Source: Microbotryum violaceum (taxonomy: Eukaryota). From it: DNA of 64,000 nt. The DNA lies in the NCBI GenBank assembly GCA_001244265.2, contig CDLV01000009.1, forward strand, positions 186,001 to 250,000. The letters run 5' to 3'. This document shows positions 21,461 to 36,909 of the stretch, one piece after another (position 1 is the stretch's first letter; every line of letters begins with the position of its first letter). The position numbers and the translations under genes are program-made. The notes below the pieces were generated by a model, which had not been told where the DNA came from, did not search any database, and saw nothing but the letters and a program-made list of their open reading frames with translations.

Positions 21461-22701
21461 CCCTCTGGCCACGGCGTCTCGATGAGATTGGGGCAAGTAG
21501 TCTAAACACTCGCAAATGATCAGCTTCATTCACTGCACTCATTGGACAGAGGGATTTGGGATGCGGCGTACCAGAGATGCGACATATTCTGCCGGCGGGG
21601 ACTTGCCAAGCCTCGACACCGAGCGCGCCAAAAGCTTTGGGGTTCAGGACCTCGTCGTGGTAGTAGCCATGTTCGGACAGCGTTTCTCCGAGGACAAAGG
21701 TCGAGTCAAAAAAGATGGAAAGGATGGTGCCACCCTTGATGCGCTGCAGTGTTGAGCCAATGCCCTCCTCGTTCGCGACGGAGCGGATCCACAAACGTGA
21801 CGTCTTGCCGATCTTGACAGATGAAGAGTGCCCTCCGTCTTTCCATGGATTGGCCATTTGCTCCGATGTTGATTTATCATGAAGGAAGGTGGCGAGCAGT
21901 AAGTTGCTGACGAAACCAGAGACTACACCGACGAGGAGAGCCACCTTCGCCGTTGGTCGCCACATGCCAACCACGCATCCTGGCCGACCCCCTCATATCT
22001 AGTGGACATGTAGTTGAGCTACGGATGCCTTCAGCATCCTCTTGCGGCTGCGTATGTGAAGACAGAACGTCATCGAGGGTTACGAGGGTAAGAGTACTGA
22101 CTGCACGTGTGGCGGCAGCAGTGATTCCGACTCGGCGTGGAAATCGTGCTGACACAGACCATCGACGCCATCGACTGAGCATCGACACGAGTGCGTCTGT
22201 TGCAGTTCCATCGACTGTCGGCGGGCGAAAGAGGGTGGAAGGAGACAAGAACCAGCCTCGGGTTGCGGGTGTAAGACTAGTCCCAACGGTGACGACATGG
22301 CTATGTCGACGGCCCTCCTGACTGTGCACGGGCTGTTTCCGATTGTCTCTCCTATCCACGTAAGACGGCCCCGGACAGCTAAGGTTCGACGAAGGCTGAC
22401 ACGAACCGCGATCCTACTTTATTTGTGGTAGTTGTAAAAAAAACCATATCGAATCAATCCTCGACGTCATAGAAACAGGTAAAGCCTGCACGTGACCGAA
22501 TGGCACCTTGTCCGTCTCGACGAACGTCCTTGGCCGACCCCCCCCCCCAGGCGGCCCCAGCGCGCCCGTCGAGCTATGTGGATCAGCTCGGGCTTGGAGC
22601 TCAGAGTACCGAATGTGCGAACACGCAAGGCCACGTTGTGTATGGTCGAATGCGATGCATTGCGATGGTTCAGAGCCCAATTCCTTACCCACGCCTTGAT
22701 C

Positions 22702-25566
22702 CTACACCTCCTTCCGAGCCCAATCGATCATCCTTTCTCCGACCCCGCCCACGATGCCTCGAACCCATTCCCTCTTCTTTCCTTGTCCACTGAACGTCAC
22801 CGTCTTGGCCACGACCAAAGGCGTATTGTACATGACCCGTTTGATCCCAAGTCTCAACTTTTCGCGCCTCGAAGGCGTGCGAAGGACAATGAAGAACAGG
22901 AAGGCGTAGATGTAGCGGTCGAAATGGGAGAGACTGTCGAACGCTGGATGATGGGGCACGGCGAATCGGACGGACGGCGGTTTGCCCGCTGAGCTTATCC
23001 GTGTTGGTGTCGAGCTAGAAGATCGATTCGGGTTCCCCCTCAGCGTCGAGGCCTTCGACGCGTCCAGAGAAGAATCGGCGAAATGCACATGCCCTCCGCG
23101 GGTGATCGTCGCCGCCGTCGCTGCCTTCGAGCAGGTCGAGGACTCTAACGTTCTTTCCTTCATCGCCATCCGCGTTTGCGCGAGCCTCGGGTTCCTCAAG
23201 GTCACCAGCCTTAACAAAACTCGAACGACGAACTCGATTCTTGCCTTGAGGTTGCGATGCAAACTCAGGAATCGCAACGCAGCTAGGTAGGTCAACGTGC
23301 GAACCAAGTCTCGCTTCCTTCGACGCTCATGGTGAGGTCGAGGGACTTTGGTTGGATCGACGGAACGGGAGGGGACGACGGCGGGATAGCCGTAGTAAGG
23401 GTTCGAGATATTGTAAGGGGAGAGATCGGTCTGTGACCCTCCTAACCGAGCTGAAGACAGACGCGATGCGTGGAAGTACAAGTGTCGTCGAGAAGGGGAG
23501 ACGTCCCTCGAAGCGGCGCGCGAGGAGAAGCGCGAGGATCGCCCCGAGGTTACCGTCGATCCGATTCGGCTGGCCCCTTCTTCCCCTTCGCCCCCTGCTC
23601 CATCTTCCTCTTCATCGACCAGACTTGTCCCACGGCTAGAGAAGACTGTTTCCGGACCTTCGGTACCCTCCTCCCTGAAACTCGTCTCTTCGAGAATGTC
23701 GTCCGCTTCCGACCCGGAATCGTCAGACTGGATCGCCGCCTGAGTAGCCGCCAGTCGTTCTTGAAGGTCGGCAAAGCTCGTCACCCTTCGTAGAGCCCCG
23801 GCGGCACCCGAAGCGATAGTCGTAGGGATTAAAGCCCCCGAGCCCAGACCATTCGATTCGTGTCGAGTCTGTTCAACCGCTTCTCCAGGCGAAGTGTCGC
23901 TCGCGAGGGGATCATGGGCAGTCGCTGTAGGGGTGGCTCGAGGACTCCGTCGCCAAAGGGTCGGAATGGGCAGAGCGAAGCCTCTCAGCCTACTCTTGGT
24001 CGGCGTCACAGTCTGCTTCGAAGTCAGAGGTGTGGTCGAAGTGATGGGTGAAGCTGGTAGCAACTGAACGCCTGGTAGTGGACTTGTCACCGAGGACGGT
24101 GAGCTCGCTTGCGTGTGGGACGAAAGTTCGAGCGAGGTTTTCTGCAATGGGGATGCCGGCGTCATGAGCATATTTCTCGGTGCTCGGTTCGAAAGGTTCT
24201 CGTTCGTAGAGGAGCGACGCGGATGCCCTGGTGTCGTTGCTCTCGAGTTCGTGGCGGATTGGAAGACGTCAGCATGCAAGGTCGAGGAAGAAGGTGAGGG
24301 GGAAGGTGATGGTGAAGGGTAGGCGCTCGTGCGCGGCGAATTCGTAGCCGAGCGAAGGACCAGGGGAAGAGGTGTCGGGGAATAAGTGGTAAAGATGGGA
24401 TTTGCCGGCGTGTATTCATAGTCGACCTTGCCTCCGTGTTCTGAACGAGAATTGTGTTAGTCGTCGTCGGTTTGTATGTTAATTAGTGAAACTCTTGTCA
24501 AATCCAGAACTGACCAATTAGTAGATGGTCTTCGTCAAAAAACTCGAGGAGATCCGTCTTGGTCGGGAACAGGATTCTCTCGAGCGCAGTGTTGGGTAAT
24601 ACGCGCTTTGCGAGCTGCCACATTCCGGCGTACATCCAGCCGTAGTTGAGGACAAAGACTGTAAAAGGGACTGAGGTCAGATTGCTCATCGTGCCGTCTA
24701 GATCGGATGGTCGTTCGCGTCACTCACTAGCACCGACCATGCCAGGAAAGTGCTGCTTGAGCATGTCCATGAAGAATGGCAGCAGCTCAAATTCCTGTTG
24801 AACGACCGCAGACGCGCCACATCAGCCTTGTAAGAAAAGCCGCCTGGGGAGAGAAGCAGACTTGTTCCTCACCAGATTGGCCATCCCTGCGCCTTCGAGA
24901 TCGACGATCATCACGATCTGCAACATGACCTGGTCCTTGCCTTCTTCTTCCTGCTTATCCGCCTCTTTACTGAGTGCGGTCAACCACTTCCGTGCAACCT
25001 CCCACCCGAACTTGACAAAGTTCTTGAGCTCGTCCAGCTGGCCATCCTCGGTCCTCGTTACGCGTCGGAGATTGAGCACCCCACATGGGCGACCGAAGCG
25101 GTCCCTCAACGAAGGGTGGAAAAAGAAGAGTGGAGTTTCAAGGTAGATGGGGTCGATCGATTGGTGGCTCAGCGAGGTGAAGGATGACGACAAGCGGTAC
25201 GAGAGCGTCGCCTGCAAGAGCTTGTAAGCTGCCGGGGCCGAGAAGCGCGCTCGTCGACAGAAGCGAAACACCGTATCTGAACGAGAGATGGGAGATCGAA
25301 CGAGTTTCAGTCTTGCTGAGGGATGGGCCCCGATGAAGTGGGCATGCTCCAAGGTGCAGCAGGTGTGACTGACAGGGGTCATTCAGAAAGGCCTTGGCTG
25401 CCTTGATCGCCTCGTCCGAGAGGTCGAACTCGGTGCCCAACGACGCAATCAATTCGTCGAGACAGTCGTTCTGGACCTGGTGCACAAGTGGGAGATGCTC
25501 GTGGTATTGCTGCGTGATGGCATCGTGGCGGGCTCGCAAGGATTCGACGGTCGCTCCGCCGGTCAT
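22702..25566 (-). CDS. CRAL-TRIO/Sec14 domain protein with a long low-complexity C-terminus, multi-exon
   Basis: FRFCRRARF, DRFGRPCGVLNL, QIVMIVDLEGAG, HFPGMVGA, FVLNYGWMYAGMWQLAKRVLP; introns with canonical ends. Confidence 0.85.
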
Positions 25567-26368
25567 ACCGGCCCGAATAGATCGCCGGAGACGTCAGATC
25601 CGATCAGAGAACAGCGTAACGCAGAGCTGGATCGGTTCTGGGCAAAGAGAGATTGGCCTCGTCGGGCGTGCTAATGACTGTGGTAAGCAGCTCTGAACTT
25701 TGTCGGGTATCGAGCTCGCACAGGAAGCCTGAGCGTATTGAGTCTGGGACAAGCTGAAGGGGAGGCTCGCAAAGCGCTCGCCGCCCGCCCCCACACGCAG
25801 CGCGCGGGTCGATTACTTTGGTATAGGCGCGCTTCACTATTTGTCGCGTTTTGTAATGACGACTTGCGATGGATCGCGCTTACCCCGAGACGCGTCGCGC
25901 GAGGTCAACGTTTGAGCATGAATTCACGCTGATCATGATTAAACCGTACGTTGCGGCCAATGCAGACTTTCAGCCTCCGAGACTGCGGTCGCGGACGAGG
26001 AATATTTGGCCTGCTAAGTGCTGGGCTAGGTCAAGGGCAAATTTAGACTGGCTCGCCCAATCGAAACGCTACTAGGTCGTAATGATAGGCACTCGAGTCA
26101 AAGTAGAATTTCAAATTACGGACAGATTCTGACGCGTTCAAGACCCGCGCGAGTGCGAGCTGACGCGCTGACGGCTTATTAGGACTGCTAACTTGCGCGC
26201 GAGAGGACCGTGCGAGTCGAAACCCACCGGGATCTCACCAAACACTGATCGAGCGCCCCCTTTCTTTTTGGTGCCAAGGCTCACACCACCTATCCCTTTT
26301 TACCCGCCGTCTGCTCAAGTCCCGTTCGTACTTCAAAAGCTGCGAGGTCGAGGTCGAGGCGTGCTGTG

Positions 26369-29300
26369 ATGGAGTACAAGAACGAGTCGCTGCCTCCTCC
26401 CGCACCTCCGCCAAAGCCGAAGTGGATGCCTCAACATGGTCGCACCTCGTCCAGTTCCGCATCCGCGTCCGCATTTGCATCCACTCCCGCATCGGCCACG
26501 GCTTCGACATCGTGCTATGCATCAACCTCGTCGACCACGCTACAGGTGTATCCGTCGCGGGCGGTAGCTACTCCCACCACGGTAACCCGATCGCCGACGG
26601 TGACTCGCTCGATCCAACCGGCAGGCACGGCCGCTCACCAGCGACAAGCCGAGCGCGCCAATTCGTCATCGACGACCCCGACTCGCTCGCCGCTCAACTC
26701 GATCATCCGCAAGAGGAGTACATCCAACGCAAGTGCAACGACCCTCTCGTCGTCCGTCATGGAGGCAAGCAGAACTATGGCTGGTGCTTCGGTGTTTTGC
26801 GACGTCGTCGTCGATCAGCTTCGAGTCGACGCCGGCAGCGGAGAATGCGTAGAGCCAGAATGTGAGTCCTCGCGACAATAGGGCGGGCCCCTAATCTCGC
26901 GCTCGAGCTCACGCTAGAAGATGAGCCCCGCACAGTCTCCTCTTCCTTTCTCAACGGTCTCGGCTCCCTCTTGCCCTTTAAACAAGGTGATGGCCCCGGT
27001 CTTGGCACCTCGACTTCGTCGCGACCCTCGTCCCCTCGCAAGCCGGCCAAAGTCGACCTCGAGATGGTGCGCAGGATGCTGATCGAACTCGCCCACACCG
27101 AAGACAACTATTACAAAAAGATCAAGTCACTGCATGAGGTAGGTTTGATTCGTCGAGTTACAGTGTCGGTGATCGGCGTACTCATTCATGTCCACCGATC
27201 ATGCGATCTAGGACTTTGAAAAACCTTTGCGCAAGTTCGCCAAGGTACCAACGACGGCCATCATCGGCGAGCGAGCCGTCGCTGGTCTGTTCTCCAACTT
27301 GCAGTACTTGGTCCCGATCGCGCACATGTTCAATCAAGACTTGCAGGCCATGTTGGGCGAGATGACTCGGGAACGAAGGGTGTTGCCGACCGAGTTTGGG
27401 CCCATGATTCGACATCATGTACGTTGTACTCGAGCTGCAATACCGTTTTCGTCCAGATTGCCCACAGCTAACGTGATGTACTTGTCTCCTTATGATAGAT
27501 TCGAGGAATGCGACCTTTCGCTGAATACCTGAACGACCATCGAGCCGCAGATGCTATCCGTCGAGCCCTCGACTCCAAAGTGTCGGGCTTCCGTACCTTC
27601 ATCGAACGGCAGCAAGTCACGTCGCGCGAAAAGACGCAGCAGACAGGAGGGTTCAAAGAGATCTTAGCTGAACCGTTTCAGCGGATAGCGAGGTACCAGT
27701 TGATGCTCGAACGTGAGTGTGTACTTTCACTGAATGCTCTTGATCGAACCACGATTACTGACCGTTCGCCCTCGATACTGCAGCTATCCTGCGACATCTA
27801 CCCGAGGACGACCCCAATGTCGAGCCCTTACAACAAGCGCTGGATACGTTGATTGATATCTGCAGTATGCGAATTGACACCTCGAAACACCACCCCGCAA
27901 TTCAATGGGCCCTGCGAACGTCGATCGACTCCCTCCCCTCCTCATCCCGCGGCGGGAAATACCTCGCCTCGATCGATGTCGACGAAACGTACGAAGCCGA
28001 ACTGGGGGCCAAACCCACCACGCTCCGGTGCACCTTGCTCTTATTTGAGAACGAGCTCGTGTTCGCAAAACGTCCGTCGGGCAACGCGAAAACGGGGTCG
28101 CAGTTGCTGGGCTTGAACGATTTGGAAGAGCTGCTTGTGCAGTACAAGGTCCAGGAAGCAGTCATGTATTCCGGCAACGCTGGAGGAATCCCTTCGTCTC
28201 CTACCAAAAGATCAAAGGGTGGGTTGGGAAGCACGACTGTGATGGGCTACAGAGGTCGCGTCGATATATTGGACAGTGAGCCGCGCAACTTTTCGGTCGA
28301 TGGGCAACCCGGCTTTGCATTCGTGCTGGATCCACCCCCAATGGACCAAAGTGAGCGATGGAATGGGCGCGGAATCAGGAGATACACGATCGCAAGCACG
28401 TACTCGAGTGACGCCAAAAAGTTATCGGAGAAGAACGAGTTTCTGAGTCGCTTGGCCGAGGCCAAGGCGAGGAGATGGCTTGGGAAGGGTGCGCAGGCCG
28501 TGAGGAGGGGCGGTAGTGGGCAGAATCAGGTCTATTGGGTGCTCTGGGGGACCAAACAATGGGAGGATCTGGCGGGGCAGAGACGCGTGAGTTCAAGTTT
28601 TTACGAGTCTGCGCAGACCAAAACGTGATCACGTGAAGCTGACTCTAAAATCTGGACGTGCACAGGGGAAACTCGCGCTCTATGTCGACGATGTCGGCAG
28701 TGGCACCAGTCGTGAGATCCTTCGAGGCGTCGATGGGCATCCCATCGAAATGGCTCGTGCTACTTTGCTTACCGAGAACCAATGTCGGTTCTCTGTTCGG
28801 TCGATTCGCGACAACGCCTTTCCGAGAGGTGAGATCATCGAATTGGGGCGAATTCCGGCGGTCATCAGTGAACTGGGGACGAGTCAGAGCATGCTCGACG
28901 TGCCCGTGCCTCGACCGACGACGCCGGGTGGTTCGGCACGCAGGACTCGATCTGGTCTCATGGATGCCGCTCTCAACGTCTTTGGTGGTGGATCGGGTGG
29001 TGGTGGAGGTGCGAGCTCGACCACGTCGTCCTTGTTCAAAGGAGGTAATTCGACGGCAAGTCGGACATCGACTGGGTCGATGTATGCCACACGCGTCTCT
29101 TCTTCCAGTGGATTGGAAGGCTCCTTTTCCCCACAATCGCCGAAAGAGTCATCCGTCGCGTCGCGGGATCGTCCGAGAAGTGGCTTGTTCGGCAACAAGA
29201 AGCGATCGGAACCGGACCTTCCGTCTCGCCGACGGGCAGATTCGACGTCCGAACAGATTTATAGCCTGGGCAAGTACGACCTCGAGACATCATCGACGCC

Positions 29301-31616
29301 TCCCGTGCAGAGCCCGGCCTCGACGACGCCCAACACTTCCGTCGTCTCTCGAGACTCTCGACCGAGACATCTTCGTTCGTCTTCGTTACCACCACCGCTC
29401 CACGCTCGGTTCGACTCAACATCCTCAGCGATGGATGTCATCGTCTCCTCGGCAGAGATCGAGGACGAGGCTGCTGCATCATTCGCCAGCCGAAGGCGCT
29501 CCCTCACCGAGCCATCGGAGCAGCGATTGTACTCCATCCCGCCGATTATCCCGCCCACGCCTGTCGATTCGTCGCGGATCCGTTCAGAACCTTGGGCACC
29601 CGCTTCGTCACCGATGGAGTACCGCCCCCCGAGTCGACGTCGAATGATGGGCCCCCGGGCTCCCGGCTCGACACTAGGAGGTACTCCGGGCAGTGCAGGC
29701 CCACCCGAGTCGCGATCCCAGCCCGACGGTTCGCCGTCCAATACCGACACCCTGATGTCATCTCCGACGAGAAGTTCCGAAACCGATCGTGTTGTCCGAG
29801 CAGTTTCCCACACTTCTACCCATTCGTCCGTCCCAGTCTCCAGCGCTCGCGATGAGAGCCCTTCGCCTACCCAAACCCTCACGCCTGCGTCAGCATCAGC
29901 TACGATGTCGAACCCCAATCCTCGGTCACCCACACCTTCCGCAGCAGCAGGATCCGCCGTCCCGCCCCATATTGTAGCTGTCACGTGCCCACCCAGTCCT
30001 CTGCGTCATTCCATCTCGCGGCGTGATTCAGATGCTGAGTCGATGTCGGCTCCGACAACGAAGCGTCCGCTCGCTCGCAACGACGGCTCGGTACCCAATT
30101 CGCCCGCACGTAAACGCCCTTCGCTCGGGGACGCATCGGACACACTTTCAAACACCAAAGTCCGCGGCCCTCGTGGTCCCGCTTCGGGGATCAATCGCCC
30201 TCGCTTTGGTGCCCAGTCCGGTACTTCCTCATCTGAGAACAGCACCGACGGACGATCGGCGTCACCCCCTCCTCGCAAAGTCTCAGCCAGTCAGATCAAG
30301 ATCCGCAGCCGACGAGTAACGTCTGGAGCTTCGATCGGTTCTGGGTCGTCGACGGTTCGCGGAAGCTCGCCGCCTCTACATCGCCATGCTACACCCCCTC
30401 TTCCTCTGAGTGAAGCCGATGCTCAAGATGTTTTTGTCGCGCGTGAAGCAAGCCCGGCCCCTCCAGAGCTCAAGCGCGTCGCTTACAACCCCGACGACTC
30501 AATGGATGACGACGACACTACCTTGGGCAAGATTGGACGTATCAGAAAGCACGTTCGGTTGTTGAGGAGTCGCCTCTCGAAGGAAACGGCGAATGCGTCC
30601 TCGTACAACAAGGAGAATGATCGCAACGTCCCTTCGCCTGGAGGGATGACGAGAAGTCCGCATACTCGGAATGTCGCTGTAAGTTCTGAGATGGCCTTCT
30701 TGTTGGCCTTTGGTCAGCGACATGCACTGAAAAAAACTTGTCTGTGTACTGCAGATCAAAGCCAATACTCCCTCTTCGGCCTCTTTCACTTCAGCTTTTG
30801 CGGGTGGTCGACTCGCAGCAGGAATGTTCGATATCCACTACCTCACCCAATGGCTCGAACAGCTTGAAGACCTCGTTGCTAAGTCGGAGGAAGTCGGAAA
30901 GCTCGGCCCAAATCTCACGACACCACCAAAACCGGTCGTGTCGCAGAGCATCTCGCCGACCGAGGCCGAGTTTGCGATGCTTGAAGCGGAACGGGAACTC
31001 ATCTCGGCTGAGTTGGATGCGTTGAAACATGAATTATCGATGGTGAGTGCTTGTTCCGTTATCATAATGAGACCAAGACCACATAGCTGACCGTTTGGCG
31101 ACGCTTGTTTCCCATTTCAGCGCGTGGACGACGCACGAAGCGCCGCAGAAGCAGAACGACTGGGCAGGGAGAACACCACTCTGCGGACGGCGTATCAGGA
31201 CATTCTGAGCGAAATTGAAGCGCTCTACGAGGTGAACTCAAGCGACCCCTCTCTGTTCGTCTTTCGTAAATGACAAGGCTGACAATGCTGACTGTTGATT
31301 CGTTCTGCGCAGCAATTCAACACGCGCCTCGGCGAAGGTGAACGACTCGTGACCTCTGACGGAAGCAAAGATCTGGTACTGACATGCTCTCAATATACCC
31401 GCAGTTGTAACAGCGATGCAAGTTGATCCCACGATTGGTGTATCGGACGACACGTACATCATCCTTACCAGCCAACTGCGCGAGGCCGTCCTGGCGCGAT
31501 CCAACGCCGAACACGCGCTAATGATCGCGCAACACCGCTTGCAGCGTGAGCTGGACGAGAAGGAGGAATGGAGGAAGATATTGGTTACGCATGGGTTGTT
31601 GCCCGTTCCGATTTGA
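26369..31616 (+). CDS. RhoGEF (Dbl-homology) protein with an S/P-rich middle and a C-terminal coiled coil, multi-exon
   Basis: DH motifs ELAHTEDNYYKKIKSL, LFSNLQYLV, ILAEPFQRIARYQLMLE; long disordered exon at about 28666-30678; coiled-coil exons to the stop at 31616. Confidence 0.8.
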
Positions 31617-32089
31617 GAATCACTCGCCTCACGGTGCGTTCCGTCGCTTTGAACGTGTGTTTCCATCAGTAGAGAGCCCCCTTCTGTGTCGTCGCGCATG
31701 CTCTGTTGAGGTACCTCGCATCTGTTTTTTCCTTTGTCTTTGTTTCGTGCCCATATCATACTCAAGCTTGCCCTGAAATACTTACCAACGCGTTGCGCTA
31801 CCTCAGCGGGTGACTGGCCCTCCCCTCCGGCTTGCGGGTGAATGGACGGCCGATTCGGCCAATGCGAGACTGTTTCGACCCGCTCGGACTTGGTGGGGCA
31901 ATCCGTCAGTCTCGGGCTGCAGCACCTCTCCCCGATTCCCTCTTCGCTGCAGTTGCAGACCGAAGCCAGCGCTGGGCACGATTCTTTGTCGTCTTCCGTC
32001 TTCCCTTTTTCTGCTCCCCTTTCGACCATAACACAGTAACTACTGTTCCCCCTCCCCCCTCCCCTCCTCTTTCCGTGCTCTCCCCCCAA

Positions 32090-34403
<2,314 letters not shown>

Positions 34404-34540
34404 TAAGGGTCAGTGAGCTTTCGCGTTATAGTGTTCGACGAGCCTTGGACCGTGCACCAGACTTTTTCAAGGATGATTCCGAGCGAGTAGTTCCATTCCA
34501 ATAGTTGCCCTAGCTTGTATGAGAAGCTACTCTATGGAAC

Positions 34541-36548
34541 CTATTCAACCTGAGAAGTCCGCCAAAAAAGACCGTCAGAGGGAATGATTGTGCTGTGTGA
34601 CCCTGAAAGTACTCACCTGGACTGTAAGATCGACTGGGGCATCGAAATCGATAAAGTCGTCCGTGAAGCGTTCGAGGCTCTCGGTCTTGGTCTTTCCTCC
34701 ATCTTCAAAGACGAACCAGCTCGGCTTCTTCGAGTCGAAAGGTTGCCAGGCCTCAACGGGCTTGCCATCAATGGCAAACCGACTCCAGTTCTCGCCAAAA
34801 ACAGCGGCCGAAGCCTCCTCGTGGGACCCTTCGTCCCAGCAGGGCTTGGTGTTGAAGATGAGCGGCAATTCGATCGTGTGCCTACGCAGAGGGTAAAGAG
34901 ATACCATCAACCTCCGATCGCCAGGCTACGATAAGAGTTGAAACCCACATGGATCCGAGTTTTAAGGGTCCACGAGTAACGCTGTCGATCTCTGCGCGGC
35001 AGCGGTAGAAGTAGACGGTGCAGGGCTTGCCACTTTTGGCGTTGGGCTGACTCGCCATCGCCTTGGCCTGATTGTAGGCCGGTTGGGAGAAGATCTGATC
35101 GTGTAGGAGGCGGGAGGCAGGCGCTTCGACGAGGGACACTTCTTCCGGGTGAGGCGCACCCCTCAGATACTTTTTGTTGATCTGCGCTTTGTATCTCGGC
35201 AGGACATTCGCGACATATCCATCGAACGCGGCGGGTGTGTGCAACTTTCGGGTGGCGGCGGGCCAAAGGCAGAACCAGCGTTAGTGGGAAGAGAGTCGAT
35301 GGTGTGTGGGGTTGCTCACCTTCATCCCAGCAGTGAACATGGTCCCTTCGTCCTCGTTCGTCCCCAGAATGACTCGCTCGATCCAAGGGTCCCACTGCCC
35401 GTCCCTGAGTTTGTCTACGACTTTGCGATCCCACGTGGCGTTCGGACCTTCCTCGATCGAAAAGCCGACACCGGCGAACGTCTGGGACGCCGTGTGCGCA
35501 GCCAGGATTTGCTCCATCGGCGCCTTCTTCAACGCCTCCACCCTTTCAGCCGCCGTAGGCAGTTTGTCAGCGCCGATGGCGGCCAAGATGGCGGCGTATG
35601 CAGGGAACGCTGTATCGACGGGACGAGTTGACATCGTTCCGGCTGCACCGGATTGCATGATCGCTTTTTGGAACAACCGGCGACCAGAGCATAGCAGAGT
35701 GGATACCATCCAACCCCCTGCCGACTCTCCAAAGCACGTGACGTTGTCCTTGTCGCCACCAAAGGCACCGATGTTCTCTTGCACCCATTCGAGCCCCTTG
35801 ACGCAGTCGTAGACGCCATAGTTGCCACTCAGCCCATCCTTGTCAACCTCTTGTAGGTCCTTGGAGCTCAAGAAGCCAAATGCGTTGACCCGGTAATTGA
35901 TCGCAGCAACGACGAACTTTCGACCGAGCTTGGCCTGATCACGAATCCAGTGCGACGGATCGTAGATGATCCGCGAGGTCGAGCCGGTGTTGAGCGCCCC
36001 TCCGTAGATCCAGACCAGGCAAGGGAGAGCATCGCCTGCCTTGGTTCCTTCGGGTGTGTATACATCGATCGTATGCGATACCTCGGACATTGCCACGAAG
36101 TCGCGACGATAGTCACCCAGGCGGGCCTGGTAGAGCGCTTCCGAGGCTCCAACAGGCTGGGGAAACTTGGTGCCGAACTCAAAGCACTCGATAGGCTGGG
36201 TCCAAGGATCCGGTGAAGTAGGTCGCTCGAATCGACCAGCTTTCGCAAAAGGGATGCCCTGCAACGCGGGCCGGCGAATTGGGGAATCGTATCAGCGGGT
36301 TCCGATCAAGTGGGGATGCGCCGGAGCCTCGGCAATCATAAGCAACCGGACCGGCTCTAGCGAGTAGCTACCGCAGTTGTGTTTGGGCATGTCTGCTGCT
36401 GCATCTGCGTACTTACAAGCCATTTATAGATTGGTGCTTTTGTACCACCTTTCAGAGCTGCACTGCTTGCATTGCGCAACGGGTGCGCATCCTCAAAACC
36501 TTGGACTGGACCAGCCGAGGTCTGTACGAGAAGCGTAGACGAGGCCAT
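34541..36548 (-). CDS. Type-B carboxylesterase B, convergent paralogue of A (5 exons)
   Basis: WLGIPF, WIYGGAL, NYRVN, NVTCFGESAG, GTNEDEG, MHTIEL; final micro-exon V-E-stop at 34549-34541. Confidence 0.9.
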
Positions 36549-36909
36549 GATTTCTGATGTTCGTTACGGCCTAGGTCGGGAGAGGGCGAGAGGAAGAGAG
36601 TGGGCGTTGTAAGAGCGTGGCCACAAATCAAGAGGCCCCGCTTTGGGCGCTTGCCAAGAGCTTGAGCGGCGACCCGATTCAGAGCAAGTGCTGCTCTAAG
36701 TGATGCTGGGGGGTCGCGCGCTTGCCACAAGTGACTGTTCCCCGAGACACACCTCCTGCCCCAAGCGACTTCTGACGCGGGCAACTCCTGACGGAGAGCC
36801 CGGGCAATACGGGTGATTGATCTAGCTTGTAGCCTCTTATCTAACCGAGAAACTGATCCTTGGCGGAGCCGCAAAGAATGCCAGGCTTGATCATAGTTCT
36901 TTCGAAATA

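Larger units (their letters stand above)
14771..21965 (-). pseudogene. Second fucosyltransferase-like gene, disrupted by the copia/Helitron insertion (5' part 21965-21461, 3' part 15471-14771)
   Basis: 5' part: TM VALLVGVVSGFVSNLLLATFL and EGIGS. 3' part: GIHIRWGD and VILLGESSFG. Removing the element, one TSD copy and an intron (about 21572-21502) gives continuous ICRISDYLPQSHRDAVARGACSRVG. Confidence 0.8.
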
